A stretch of DNA of 64,000 nucleotides from Candidatus Marinacidobacterales bacterium (GCA_965224085.1 CBDCYI010000004.1:64001-128000), one strand, 5' to 3'; shown: positions 21,102 to 32,251, numbered from the stretch's first letter. Made by a program: numbers and translations. The notes: a model not told the origin generated them from the letters alone.

Positions 21102-22387
21102 TGAGCAAAAACGAAGAGCTGTTCCTGGAGGCCACCGGATACATGCCGGGCGGCGTCAACTCGCCGGTGCGAGCGTTTCGCGGCATCGAGATGGCCCCGC
21201 GATTCATCCGCGAAGGCCAGGGCTGTCGCATCACGGACGAAGACAGTCAGGACTACATCGACTACATCGGCGCCTATGGCCCGCTCATCCTCGGACATCG
21301 TCATCCGAGTGTCGTTGCGGCTTTGAAAGAAGCGGTCGACCGCGGAACGGCGTTCGGCGCACCGACCGCTCCCGAAGTGCACTTGGCGAAGAGAGTCACA
21401 GAGTTCGTCCCGTCCGTCGACGTCGTCCGTATGGTGAACTCCGGCACCGAAGCGACACTCTCGGCCATCCGTCTCGCGCGCGCCGCGGTTGGCCGTGACG
21501 GGATACTCAAGTTCGAAGGCTGCTACCACGGCCACGGCGACTCGTTTCTCATCAAGGCCGGCTCTGGAGCCTTGACGATGGGCGTTCCCGATAGCCCGGG
21601 TGTCCCCGCGTCGCTCGCTTCTTTGACCAGAACGGCCACGTTCAACGACCTCGAGTCGGTGAAGCGCGTGCTCGAAACCGAGCCGGACGCGATCGCCGCC
21701 ATGATCGTCGAGCCCGTCGCCGGTAACATGGGCGTTGTGCCGCCCGCAAAAGGCTTTCTCGAAGGCCTGCGTGAGCTTTCGACCGACCACGGTGCTCTTT
21801 TGATCTTCGACGAAGTCATGACAGGCTTTCGCGTCAGCCGCGGCGGCGCTCAAGAACTTTACGGCGTCACGCCCGACCTCACGACGCTCGGTAAGGTGAT
21901 TGGCGGCGGCCTTCCGGTCGGCGCCTATGGCGGACGCCGCGATCTCATGGAGCAAGTAGCCCCGGCGGGCCCCGTCTATCAAGCAGGAACGCTGTCCGGC
22001 AATCCGCTGGCCATGAGCGCGGGGCTCGCACAGCTCGAAGCCCTCGAAACCTCGAATGCGTGGGAGCGCCTAGAATCCACCTCCGGGCTCCTCGAGACGG
22101 GAATCCGAAACATCCTCGAGGAGCTCGGCTTGTCGCTGGCTTTGAACCGCGTCGGCTCGATGATGACGCTCTTTTTCACCGAGGGCGAAGTAACGAATTT
22201 CGAACAAGCCACGAGCGCCGATACAAGACGCCACGCTCGCTTTTTTCGCAACATGCTCGAGGCCGGCATACACCTACCGCCATCCCAATTCGAAGCGCTC
22301 TTCGTCTCACTCGCCCACGAGCAAGACGACCTCGACCGAACGCTAGAAGCCGTCCGCAAGAGCTTGAGAGCTACCTACCAAGATTAA
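21101..22387 (+). CDS. hemL: glutamate-1-semialdehyde 2,1-aminomutase
   Basis: [35 protein letters not shown] and QAGTLSGNP motifs. Confidence 0.96.
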   Translation: MSKNEELFLEATGYMPGGVNSPVRAFRGIEMAPRFIREGQGCRITDEDSQDYIDYIGAYGPLILGHRHPSVVAALKEAVDRGTAFGAPTAPEVHLAKRVTEFVPSVDVVRMVNSGTEATLSAIRLARAAVGRDGILKFEGCYHGHGDSFLIKAGSGALTMGVPDSPGVPASLASLTRTATFNDLESVKRVLETEPDAIAAMIVEPVAGNMGVVPPAKGFLEGLRELSTDHGALLIFDEVMTGFRVSRGGAQELYGVTPDLTTLGKVIGGGLPVGAYGGRRDLMEQVAPAGPVYQAGTLSGNPLAMSAGLAQLEALETSNAWERLESTSGLLETGIRNILEELGLSLALNRVGSMMTLFFTEGEVTNFEQATSADTRRHARFFRNMLEAGIHLPPSQFEALFVSLAHEQDDLDRTLEAVRKSLRATYQD

Positions 22388-22492
22388 AGATCAGTTTTCT
22401 TAACATTGATCCGGTTTACTCGCGCAGCGGAAAGGTTGCTCGCCGTCCGCGCTCGGCGTAACATCGGGTGGTTGTGTCGCTCGAAGCTTTGC

Positions 22493-22795
22493 TTAGAGCT
22501 CTATCCAGATGGCGCCGCGGTCGATGCGGACGGGATAGGTTCGGATCTTCGAAAGCGGGTTCACCGGGGAGCAGCCGCTTGTGAGTTCGAACTGCCATTG
22601 GTGCCACGGGCACACGATGATTCCGTTCTCGATCGTGCCTTGGTGAAGCGGCGCGCCGCGGTGTGGGCAGGTTTCGTCTAGGGCGAAATAGCGTCCTTCG
22701 TAGCAAAAAATCGCGATGCGCTTGTTCCCGATGTCGACGGCGAGGGTCGCGCCGTCGGGGACATCCTCGAGAGCGGCGACGCGGTGCTCGCTCAT
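22493..22795 (-). CDS. Rieske [2Fe-2S] ferredoxin
   Basis: CPH...CPWH Rieske motif. Confidence 0.88.
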   Translation of the reverse strand: MSEHRVAALEDVPDGATLAVDIGNKRIAIFCYEGRYFALDETCPHRGAPLHQGTIENGIIVCPWHQWQFELTSGCSPVNPLSKIRTYPVRIDRGAIWIEL

Positions 22796-23658
22796 TGCGC
22801 CGCGGCGCGGAGCTTCTCGAACGCTTCTTCGGCGAGCTCGGGACAGCCGAGACGCGGCGGTTCATCGCCGAGCTGGCGATGGAAGTCCGAACCGCCCGTT
22901 TTGAGAAGTCCTAGCTCCTCTGTGAGTCTCTCGTAGCGCGCGACCTTCTCGGGCGTGTGATCGCAGTGATAAACCTCGAGAGCATGCAGCCCGCTCTCGG
23001 CCATGTCCATGATCGGCGTGTCATCTACGAGAAGGCCTGGATGCGCCAACGACGCGATACCACCCGCGCGTCGAATGAGATCGACGGTGTCCTCGAGCGT
23101 GACGTTGTCGTAGCCGACATAAGCGGGCCCGTCTTCCCCGAGAAAACGGCCAAACGCTTCCGCGATATCCGCCACTTGGCCGGATTCGATGAGCACTTCC
23201 GCGACGTGCGGCCGACCAACGGTTCCATGGCTCGATTTGGCGAAAACGGCATCGGCAGCGATGTCGAAGCCCAGCGTTTCGAGCTTCTGACACATCTGGC
23301 GGACTCGGTCCACACGACACCGGCCCACCTCCAAGAAAAAGGCGTTGAGCTCGGGGTCGTGCTCGTCAACGAAGAGGCCCAAAATGTGCACCGGCGCGTC
23401 GCCGAAATGCGCGCTCACTTCGACGCCGGCCACGATTTCAAGGCTGAGCCCATCGGCCTCGCGTTTGGCCTCAGCAACACCTTCAACGGTGTCGTGGTCC
23501 GTAATCGCCAGCGCTTTCAAATCGTGAGCCTTCGCCAAGCGTACCAACTCCCTCGGCGACAACTTTCCGTCCGACGCCGTCGTGTGCGCATGGAGATCGT
23601 AGTGCCCGAGTCTTTCCATGATGCTGTTTTTATCTTCTAAGAAGCGAGAACCGTTCAT
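22792..23658 (-). CDS. PHP-domain phosphoesterase (TrpH/YciV-like); start uncertain
   Basis: DLHAHTTASDG, ITDHDT, GRPH, LAHP and TGGSDFH motifs. Confidence 0.88.
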   Translation of the reverse strand: MNGSRFLEDKNSIMERLGHYDLHAHTTASDGKLSPRELVRLAKAHDLKALAITDHDTVEGVAEAKREADGLSLEIVAGVEVSAHFGDAPVHILGLFVDEHDPELNAFFLEVGRCRVDRVRQMCQKLETLGFDIAADAVFAKSSHGTVGRPHVAEVLIESGQVADIAEAFGRFLGEDGPAYVGYDNVTLEDTVDLIRRAGGIASLAHPGLLVDDTPIMDMAESGLHALEVYHCDHTPEKVARYERLTEELGLLKTGGSDFHRQLGDEPPRLGCPELAEEAFEKLRAAAQ

Positions 23659-23720
23659 GGTAGAAAACGCTCCCGCGGGTTGTCAACCCATCTCGACGCG
23701 CCATGCACGTGCGGATCGGG

Positions 23721-23750
23721 TTGACACTCTTTTCGCCGCCGGCCTATACT
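23721..23750 (+). promoter_or_regulatory. sigma70 promoter of the iscA operon
   Basis: TTGACA-N18-TATACT. Confidence 0.7.
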
Positions 23751-23753
23751 AGC

Positions 23754-23780
23754 GATATCTGAGTGTCTTAGTCAGATATC
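23754..23780. promoter_or_regulatory. Rrf2/IscR-type operator
   Basis: GATATCTGA-N9-TCAGATATC perfect arms over the predicted TSS; resembles the IscR type-1 site. Confidence 0.75.
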
Positions 23781-23848
23781 CGGGAGCCACCGCGCGTTCA
23801 AAGGGTTATCCTGTGGGGAACTGGCAATCGAGATTCTAGGAGAAGCAA

Positions 23849-24172
23849 ATGATTACGATGACATCACTGGCCGCCACGAAGGTTCAGGATTTCCTTGCGC
23901 ACAACGGCCGCCCGGAAGCTGCGCTTCGCGTGCGCGTCGTGGGCGGTGGCTGCTCCGGATTCCAGTACCAGCTCGCACTTGACGACGCCGCTTCGGAAGG
24001 TGACGAAGTCTTCGAGCACGATGGCGTGAGGCTCTTGGTCGATCAACGCAGCCACCTCTACCTCGACGGCACGGAGATCGACTACGTGGAAGACATTATG
24101 GGATCAGGGTTCCGTTTCAACAACCCGAACTCGACCGGAAGTTGCGGCTGCGGCGAGTCGTTTCAAGTCTAG
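23849..24172 (+). CDS. A-type Fe-S carrier (IscA/ErpA, HesB family)
   Basis: GGGCSGFQY and NPNSTGSCGCGESF motifs. Confidence 0.95.
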   Translation: MITMTSLAATKVQDFLAHNGRPEAALRVRVVGGGCSGFQYQLALDDAASEGDEVFEHDGVRLLVDQRSHLYLDGTEIDYVEDIMGSGFRFNNPNSTGSCGCGESFQV

Positions 24173-24230
24173 GGTCAGAGCCAGATCTAAAGAGCGCAGC
24201 GCCTACGCGCGGAGTCCAAGGACCTCCTCT

Positions 24231-24518
24231 TTGAGCACGTCCGATCTCGTTCGGATCGAGATCGAGGGTACCCCTTTCGACGTCCCGCGAGGCGAGGTCC
24301 TTCTCGCCTGTGTCCAATATATAGTTAGGGATGAAGTCACTGTCTTGGGGCGCTTTTGTTGGAGCAACGAGTGCGGCAATTGCGAGATGAGTATCGCGAA
24401 GGAGGGGTTGTTGTTGCCCACTCGCGCCCGCGGCTGCCAGACCATCGTGGAAGAAGGCATGCGCGCCTCCGAGCTCACGCCCGACCTCCGCTACTGGATC
24501 CACCACAAGCTGTCGTAG
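24231..24518 (+). CDS. small [2Fe-2S] ferredoxin-like protein
   Basis: C-X4-C-X2-C (CWSNECGNC) plus distal GCQ; TTG start. Confidence 0.7.
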   Translation: MSTSDLVRIEIEGTPFDVPRGEVLLACVQYIVRDEVTVLGRFCWSNECGNCEMSIAKEGLLLPTRARGCQTIVEEGMRASELTPDLRYWIHHKLS

Positions 24519-24531
24519 CGACGCGCGACCA

Positions 24532-25302
24532 ATGATCGGGAACATCTCAGCTCTCCTCGCCGGCCATATGGCCTCGGGGGGGCTCTTCATCGCCGCGCTT
24601 CTGGCGTTGGCAAACGAGCTCCCGAAGAGCTTTCTGCGCTTCTGCGCGGCCTCGGCCAGCGCGTCAGCGTCCTTGGCGGCGCTTTTCGACGTGGGCACGT
24701 CGCGATTCGTGTGGCTTGGCCTCGCCATCGTCGCCGGGCTCTGGTACGCCTCCCTTCGCCGCAGCGGGGGCACCGGAAGGGTAGGTCTCGTGCTCCCGGC
24801 GACCGCCGCCGTCGCCGCATCCGTACTCTTCGCCGTCACGTCCAACACCCGCGGCACCGATCTGCTCGCGCTTTCCATTGCCGGTAGCCTCAGCTCGTCG
24901 CTAATGCTCGGCGCCGTGCTCGGTTCCCTGATTCTGGGGCATTGGTATCTCGTCGATACTAGCCTCTCGATCGCACCGCTACGCAATGGGGCGCTATGGC
25001 TCGTTGTCGCGGTCTTGGTGCGTTGGGCGGTCGTCGTGGCCGTGCTGCTCTATGGCGGCTTCGAAGTGTTGAAGGTGGGCCGCGCCGCGGATCTCATCTA
25101 CTCGACGGGAGGCCTGTTCTTCTTGTTCCGTACCCTCATGGGTCTCATCGCACCGCTCCTTCTGTGCGGACTCATTTGGCAGACGGTCAAGATTCGGTCG
25201 ACGCAATCGGCCACCGGGCTTCTTTACGTGGCCTCGTTTCTCGTGCTCTTCGGCGAGAGCTTCTCGCAGTTTCTACTCGTGGCGACAGGTTATCCCCTAT
25301 GA
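24532..25302 (+). CDS. polytopic membrane protein with GHWYL and TQSATGLLY motifs, function unknown
   Basis: 256 aa with multiple hydrophobic segments; tightly spaced in the iscA operon. Confidence 0.75.
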   Translation: MIGNISALLAGHMASGGLFIAALLALANELPKSFLRFCAASASASASLAALFDVGTSRFVWLGLAIVAGLWYASLRRSGGTGRVGLVLPATAAVAASVLFAVTSNTRGTDLLALSIAGSLSSSLMLGAVLGSLILGHWYLVDTSLSIAPLRNGALWLVVAVLVRWAVVVAVLLYGGFEVLKVGRAADLIYSTGGLFFLFRTLMGLIAPLLLCGLIWQTVKIRSTQSATGLLYVASFLVLFGESFSQFLLVATGYPL

Positions 25303-25754
25303 CGGCGCTGTCGGTCGGTTATTACTGCGATCAATGCTCGCTCTACAACATGTACAGCCTGCCCCCGGAAAACGGGGCGGGGCGGTGCGAGCATTGCGGT
25401 CACGAGCACGCGGTGCAGCCGAGCGAAGACGCTTTGAACGGCGGTCCTCTCGAGCGCTGCCCCCAATGCGAGAACCTTTTTTTGTATCAGCGCAAGGACT
25501 TCCCGCAGCAGCTCGGCTGCGCGGCCGTCACGGCGACGGTAGTGCTGTCATCGATCGCCTATGCTTTCTGGCACTTTCCGGCGGCGCTTGCCGTGCTCGT
25601 CGTGGCGTCCATCGCGGATCTCACGCTCTACCATTGGCTCAGCGAGGTCACGGTTTGTTACCGATGTCACGCCGAGCTTCGTGGGTTCGTGCCGAATCCG
25701 GAACACGGTGCCTTCGACATGCACCGTGCAGAGGAGTACGAGGCCGGACACTGA
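25299..25754 (+). CDS. Cys-rich zinc-ribbon membrane protein
   Basis: CDQC, CEHC, CPQC and CYRC pairs around two TM segments; ATGA overlap with the upstream gene. Confidence 0.75.
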   Translation: MTALSVGYYCDQCSLYNMYSLPPENGAGRCEHCGHEHAVQPSEDALNGGPLERCPQCENLFLYQRKDFPQQLGCAAVTATVVLSSIAYAFWHFPAALAVLVVASIADLTLYHWLSEVTVCYRCHAELRGFVPNPEHGAFDMHRAEEYEAGH

Positions 25755-25765
25755 AAAGCATCGCG

Positions 25766-26218
25766 TCAGCCGTCCGTTTGAATGGAGATGGGCGTCTGCC
25801 GGCCATGGTGGGGGGCTTCAAGCATCGTGGCCATCGTCACACCGCCCAGAAATTCGACCAACCGCGTTTGCGCCTGATCCCACACATACTGCATCTCGCA
25901 ACTGTCGAGAATCGAGCAGTCCTCATGCTCCGACTCCACGCATTTGTTGAGCCGCAGAGGTCCCTCCACCGACTCGATCACGTCGAGAAAAGAGATGGCT
26001 TCCGGTGAGCGCGCAAGGGCGTAGCCGCCATGCGCCCCTTGCTGCGACTTGACCACGCCGCGATTCGCGAGAATCGGCAGGATCTGGGCCAGAAACGCCT
26101 GTGGGATGTCCTTGGCTTTGGCGATCTCAGATACGCGACCGTAGCTGCCTGAGGAGATACGCGACAGGTAGATGACGGCGCGAAGGGCGTAATCACTCTT
26201 GCGGGAAAGCTCTAACAT
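25766..26218 (-). CDS. Rrf2-family (IscR-like) transcriptional regulator
   Basis: DYALRAVIYL, GAHGGYALAR, and three Cys (C-X7-C-X5-C). Confidence 0.92.
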   Translation of the reverse strand: MLELSRKSDYALRAVIYLSRISSGSYGRVSEIAKAKDIPQAFLAQILPILANRGVVKSQQGAHGGYALARSPEAISFLDVIESVEGPLRLNKCVESEHEDCSILDSCEMQYVWDQAQTRLVEFLGGVTMATMLEAPHHGRQTPISIQTDG

Positions 26219-26293
26219 AAAGCCCTATGTCGACCCCTTGGAAAGTATATCCCACACGAGCGAAGGCCCCAACGGCGTTAGAATGCCCTCGTG

Positions 26294-26338
26294 ATGAAGC
26301 TCGTCATCTTCGATCTGGACGGCACCCTGATCGATTCC
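26294..26338 (+). pseudogene. HAD hydrolase, first 15 codons only
   Basis: MKLVIFDLDGTLIDS (HAD motif I), then the sequence switches to the next gene. Confidence 0.7.
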
Positions 26339-26355
26339 TTCGTTGGAGTCGGAGC

Positions 26356-27027
26356 TTGAGACGGGTGCCGATCTTTCCGCTGCCGGAGACGGTGTTCTTT
26401 CCTCACGTCGCGCTGCCGCTTCACCTCTTCGAGCCCCGCTACCGCCAGATGGGCGAAGACGCGTCGAAAGGGGACGGCCTGCTCGTCGTCGTCTTGCTGA
26501 AGCCCGGATGGAAAGTTGACTATGAGAGCACACCGCCGGTGCACGACATCGCAACGCTCGGGCGGCTCGTAGAGCATGAAAGACTCGAGGACGGCCGATT
26601 CAGAATCGTACTCCGAGGTGTCGAGCGGGTGCGGATTCTGGAGCCCGAGGCCTCGGAGCTCGCCGAAGGCAAGCTGTATCGGGTGCGTCGCATCGAGCCC
26701 GCCCGCGAGCACTCACCCGAGCCCAGCGAAGCGACGTCGGCGCTTCTTCGCGCGGTACGTTCTCGATGGAACGAGCTTCTCCAAAAAAGCGGTCGCTCCG
26801 AGCCCGAATCTCAACGCGTGCCAGACGACGCGCCTTTCGAAGAGCTCGTGAATCACGTCGCGACCTTCGTGGACATCCCACCGCACGAGAAACAAAAACT
26901 CTTGGACGAAGATAACTTGATCATTCGCGCCGCTCGCCTAGAAGGCCACCTGGACGAACAGCTCAAATTATGGCGCACATTGTCCCGCTTCCGAGAGTTT
27001 TCACCTGATGACCCGTCCGTGAATTGA
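26356..27027 (+). CDS. Lon N-terminal (substrate-binding) domain protein
   Basis: PIFPLP..VFFPH..LPLHLFEPRYRQM motif; TTG start after GGAG. Confidence 0.85.
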   Translation: MRRVPIFPLPETVFFPHVALPLHLFEPRYRQMGEDASKGDGLLVVVLLKPGWKVDYESTPPVHDIATLGRLVEHERLEDGRFRIVLRGVERVRILEPEASELAEGKLYRVRRIEPAREHSPEPSEATSALLRAVRSRWNELLQKSGRSEPESQRVPDDAPFEELVNHVATFVDIPPHEKQKLLDEDNLIIRAARLEGHLDEQLKLWRTLSRFREFSPDDPSVN

Positions 27028-27108
27028 TTGATCGTATTTGCGTGTCGCTACCGGCTATCTGCTCCCAGCCACTCTTCAATCAAAGAGGAGGCGGCGGGTA
27101 GCCGTACG

Positions 27109-27668
27109 TCAATACGGTGAAACTGCCATATCCGGCTCCAGATCCACCCCAAGAGCATCGGCGACGCGGTTGATGTGATTGAAATAGCCGATGACGTGGA
27201 CTAGGCTGCCACGAGGATGTCCTCATCCGAAAGGCCATGAGCCCGTAGCGGGTCGAGGTCGCCGCGCGCTGCATCTCTCGGCTTGTCGGTTAGCTTCAGG
27301 GCGAAGTCCACGATCGCTCGCTGCCGCGGCGTGAGCTCGGCCGCAGCCGGGTCATCCATCACCGCACGCGCGAGCGCGTCGTTCTCGGAAGCTTGACGGA
27401 GATCCTCCCCGTGAGCTTCCGTTCAGTAATGGCAGTGATTGGTCTTCGAGACGACCGTCGCCACCATCTCGCGCTCGGCGCGCGTGAGCCCCGAAGCTCC
27501 GTGCATCACTTTGATGTAGAACTCCATGAACGTGCGCAAGATGTCCGGCCTCAAGCTCTGGATCTTGACGATCTGAAAGACTTTCCCTGCGCGCTTCAAG
27601 GCGGCGGAATATTGACGCTGAAGATCTCCGGTCGCGTCCTTTTCCGAAACGGTGTCAATCCAAGCCAT
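27109..27668 (-). CDS. AhpD/CMD-family peroxidase-related protein, probable selenoprotein (CxxU); frameshift near 27202
   Basis: REMVATVVSKTNHCHY-TGA-TEAHGEDLR continues in frame; YFNHINRVADALG C-terminus; hairpin follows the TGA. Confidence 0.8.
27386..27422 (-). promoter_or_regulatory. bacterial SECIS-like hairpin
   Basis: CGGAAGCT pairs with AGCTTCCG; upper stem ACGGGGA/TCTCCGT with a GGA loop at +18..+20 after the TGA. Confidence 0.75.
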
Positions 27669-28959
27669 GTCGCGTTCCCTCCCTTTTTTGCCCAAAAGAA
27701 GTCTAAGATGTTATCTTCTCTTTATCACCTTATCCTGAGAAACTTCTTGCCATCGATTCTGATCGTCGACGACGAAGAAACCGTCCGCGCCACTTTCCAG
27801 GATGTCCTTGAAGCCGAAGGACATCAAGTGGTCACGGCATCCAGTTTCACTGAAGCCAAAGAGCGCCTCGAGACCAGGCGTTTCGACGCCGCGCTCACGG
27901 ACCTCATGCTCCCCCGGGAGAGCGGACTGTCTTTGCTTCGCTATGCCGCCGAGCGCGACGAGACGATGAGCGTGGTCATGGTCACCGGCCATCCCGATCT
28001 CTCGACGGCGGTCGAAGCGTTGAAAGAAGGCGCTTACGACTACATCACCAAGCCCGTCAGCCGACGCGCTCTGCTCGTCGTGGTCGAACGTGCATGCGAG
28101 CGCAACACTCTCCTTCGAGAGAAACGCCGCCTCGAATCCGAGAACGAAGACTACCAACGATCGCTGGAAGGCAAGGTTCGCGAGCGTACCGCCCGGCTTC
28201 GCGAGTCTGAGAAGCGCTATCGCGAGCTTTTTCAGGAAACGCGCCGCGCTTATGAAGAGCTGAAAGAAATTCAAGAAAAGTTGATTCGCTCTGAGAGACT
28301 CGCCGCCATGGGAGAACTCGCCGCACAAATCGCTCACGAGATTCGAAACCCACTCGGCGCGATCTCGAACTCGGTCGGTGTGCTCAGACGCGACCTGGAG
28401 CTGCACGGCGACGATCGGCGGCTCCTCGAAGTGGTGGACGAAGAGTCGCAGCGGCTTGACGGGATCGTGGCGGATTTTCTTCGCTTCGCGAGGCCGCGCC
28501 CGCTTCACAAGACACCGCATTACATCACGGAGATACTCGACGATCTGCTGTTGCTCATCTCGCAAGAACCCAAGGGGAACAAGATTTCCATCCAGAAAGG
28601 ATACGAGCCCGATTTGCCCCAAGTGGAGCTCGATCCGGCACAAACGCGCGAGGCCCTTTGGAACCTTCTCATCAACGCCGCGGAGGCGATGCCGGATGGT
28701 GGCGATTTGCACGTCTCCGTAACCCGATCCGACAAAGGTGACGGCTTTCTCGAGGTCGTCGTGACGGATTCTGGCACGGGCATCAGCAAGAGCGAGCAGG
28801 AAAAGATCTTTCAACCTTTTCATACAACCAAAGCCGACGGGACCGGGCTCGGTTTGGCCATCGTAAACCGCGTCGTCGAGGCGCATGCTGGTGAGACAGA
28901 AGTTGAAAGCGAGGTGGGGCAAGGGAGCTCGTTTCGACTCCGATTCCCCCTGACTTCAA

Positions 28960-30393
<1,434 letters not shown>

Positions 30394-30425
30394 CTGTCGC
30401 TTTTCAGTGCATGGTGAGACTCTGC

Positions 30426-31853
30426 TTACTCCGACGCATTCAAGCTCGGATCAATCGCGCGCGCCTTCTCCAACGATTTTTGGGCGCGCAGGTGTAAGCC
30501 CGCCTCTTCATAGAGTTTCGCCAGCTCGAGCTGATAGGAGGCCTTGAACGGGTCCAAGTTCGCGGCGATCTTCAGATTTTTTTCCGCGTCCTGGCGCCAT
30601 TTCGGATTCTGCAAAAGCGCCAAGCCCAGCAGGTGGTAGTAGGCGGCGACGTCCGGGGCCACCTCGACCGCTTGTCGGGCCAACTCGATAGCACCCCAGA
30701 AGTCGCCGCAGTCATAGGCTTGCCTGGCACGGTGATAGAAAGCCTTCGCGTCGTCCGGGTCCCCTCTCTTCACCGACTTCATTTCGGCCGGCGAAGCCCC
30801 TGGTTGCTCTGTCCTTTGATACTGCTCTTCTTTGTCGTGAAGCGACTCGTAATCCGCCCTCAGCTCGTCGTTGGAAAGTGTCGTGTGGGCCTCGTCGATC
30901 CGATGGAAAACGAAGGAAAGTTTTTCCTGGAACTCCGGCTCGGTGATACGACGAAAGCGGTCCGGGTGAAATCGTTTCGCTCCTCGAAAAAACGCCTCCT
31001 TGATTTGCTCTTGGCTCGCGCCCCGCTCAATCCCCAAGACGTGCCAGTGGTCCTGGTCTTTCATGTCTTCGAAGAGCTGTTCCACCGACGTTCGTTCCAG
31101 ATCTCTAGGGGCCTCTTGATGCAGCGTCTGACCAGTGTCAAGGTCATCATCCGGCACTGGCTCAACGATCGCGTTTTCCCCCACTTCGACGACATCGGCC
31201 GCCAGCAAGCCCATGAGCGTGCGTGCCGTCTTCTCTTCGGGGAGCGGACTAACGGCAAAGATGTCCTTGGCAGCCTGGGTGCCGTCGATGCGCGAGAGGA
31301 CGAAGCCTTCATCTGGCTGGAGGTGGATCCGCTGAAACCGCTTTAGGGGATCCGTCGGAAACCCAAGCGTCCGCTCATCGTTCTTGAGAGCTTCGAGCTG
31401 CTCGGAGATATCGGGTGTCCGACGTACAGCTTCCATAAGGATATCGGCCACGGATAGGGGCGCTTCGAGGCATGCGTCGACACTCGACAAGGTTGAAAAC
31501 GCCACGCGGCTGGGCGGTGTGATGAGCTGCGTACATGCGATGTCGAGAAGCTGCAGCCTCACGAAGGCCTCGATATCGGGCTCTTTGATGATTTTCAGCT
31601 CGGCGAGGATCTCGCCCAATTTCCAGCCGCTCTTAATAAAATTGGAAGCGTCTTCGAAGTGCTGCCGGGTAATGCGGCCATGGCGGATCATTACTTCACC
31701 GAGGCGGTCTTCCTCCTCGCTCGAAGAGGCGCTCACGACGAAACCTGACTGGAAGTAGACAGCACGGCGCGCCGCAGCGGCTTCGCACGTGAGCACACCG
31801 GTGCGCTTTTCGTCGTAGAGCTTCTTGAAAGCCTCTGCCACTTGTTGGTTCAT
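30426..31853 (-). CDS. DUF4388-like + J-domain + TPR protein
   Basis: N-terminal TGVL..RLGEV..GRI region, J-domain HPDR motif, C-terminal TPR helices. Confidence 0.8.
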   Translation of the reverse strand: MNQQVAEAFKKLYDEKRTGVLTCEAAAARRAVYFQSGFVVSASSSEEEDRLGEVMIRHGRITRQHFEDASNFIKSGWKLGEILAELKIIKEPDIEAFVRLQLLDIACTQLITPPSRVAFSTLSSVDACLEAPLSVADILMEAVRRTPDISEQLEALKNDERTLGFPTDPLKRFQRIHLQPDEGFVLSRIDGTQAAKDIFAVSPLPEEKTARTLMGLLAADVVEVGENAIVEPVPDDDLDTGQTLHQEAPRDLERTSVEQLFEDMKDQDHWHVLGIERGASQEQIKEAFFRGAKRFHPDRFRRITEPEFQEKLSFVFHRIDEAHTTLSNDELRADYESLHDKEEQYQRTEQPGASPAEMKSVKRGDPDDAKAFYHRARQAYDCGDFWGAIELARQAVEVAPDVAAYYHLLGLALLQNPKWRQDAEKNLKIAANLDPFKASYQLELAKLYEEAGLHLRAQKSLEKARAIDPSLNASE

Positions 31854-31993
31854 GGGCAGTTTCTGAAAAGGAACGAGATTGTTATTGTAGTTAGATTCTA
31901 TCAAACGAACGAGGCATGCGGACGAAGGAACGACACCTCAAGGAAAAGTTGATTGGGTGTTTCATTTTTTAATGTAAGAATGACACGATCAGT

Positions 31994-32005
31994 TTCAATA
32001 TTGAA
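31994..32005. promoter_or_regulatory. palindromic candidate enhancer for the sRNA promoter
   Basis: TTCAATATTGAA perfect palindrome about 75 bp upstream of the sigma54 promoter in an AT-rich tract. Confidence 0.45.
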
Positions 32006-32080
32006 TCATTCGGGCCCGACATCCATAGGGAATTCCCCGCAAACTGTTGAAAAGAGGCCCGATCAGGACTTCGCACAAGC

Positions 32081-32096
32081 TGGCACGCCCCTTGCT
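32081..32096 (+). promoter_or_regulatory. sigma54 (-24/-12) promoter
   Basis: TGGCACGCCCCTTGCT, a perfect match to the consensus. Confidence 0.88.
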
Positions 32097-32106
32097 TGGT
32101 CCAAGG

Positions 32107-32230
32107 GGTGAGAACGCATTTGGCGTCGCTCCCCAATCTCGACGCCAGCCCCGGGAGGTGCCCCCTGCACCGCCTCTCGGGGATAGAATCAGGGGGACAG
32201 GCTTAAAAGCTTGTCCCCCTTTTTCGTTTT
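32107..32230 (+). ncRNA. putative sigma54-dependent small RNA with three stem-loops and C-rich loops
   Basis: SL1 TGGCGTCG/CGACGCCA with loop CTCCCCAATCT; SL2 with apical GGTGC-CCCCT-GCACC; SL3 terminator; no ORF between promoter and terminator. Confidence 0.75.
32191..32230 (+). terminator. rho-independent terminator
   Basis: AGGGGGACAGGC/GCTTGTCCCCCT stem followed by TTTTCGTTTT. Confidence 0.85.
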
Positions 32231-32251
32231 GGGCCAGCGTCGCGGATGGGT

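Noticed and set aside
23849-24172. HesB-family gene as a third selenoprotein
   Set aside because: All conserved Cys are encoded by TGC; there is no in-frame TGA
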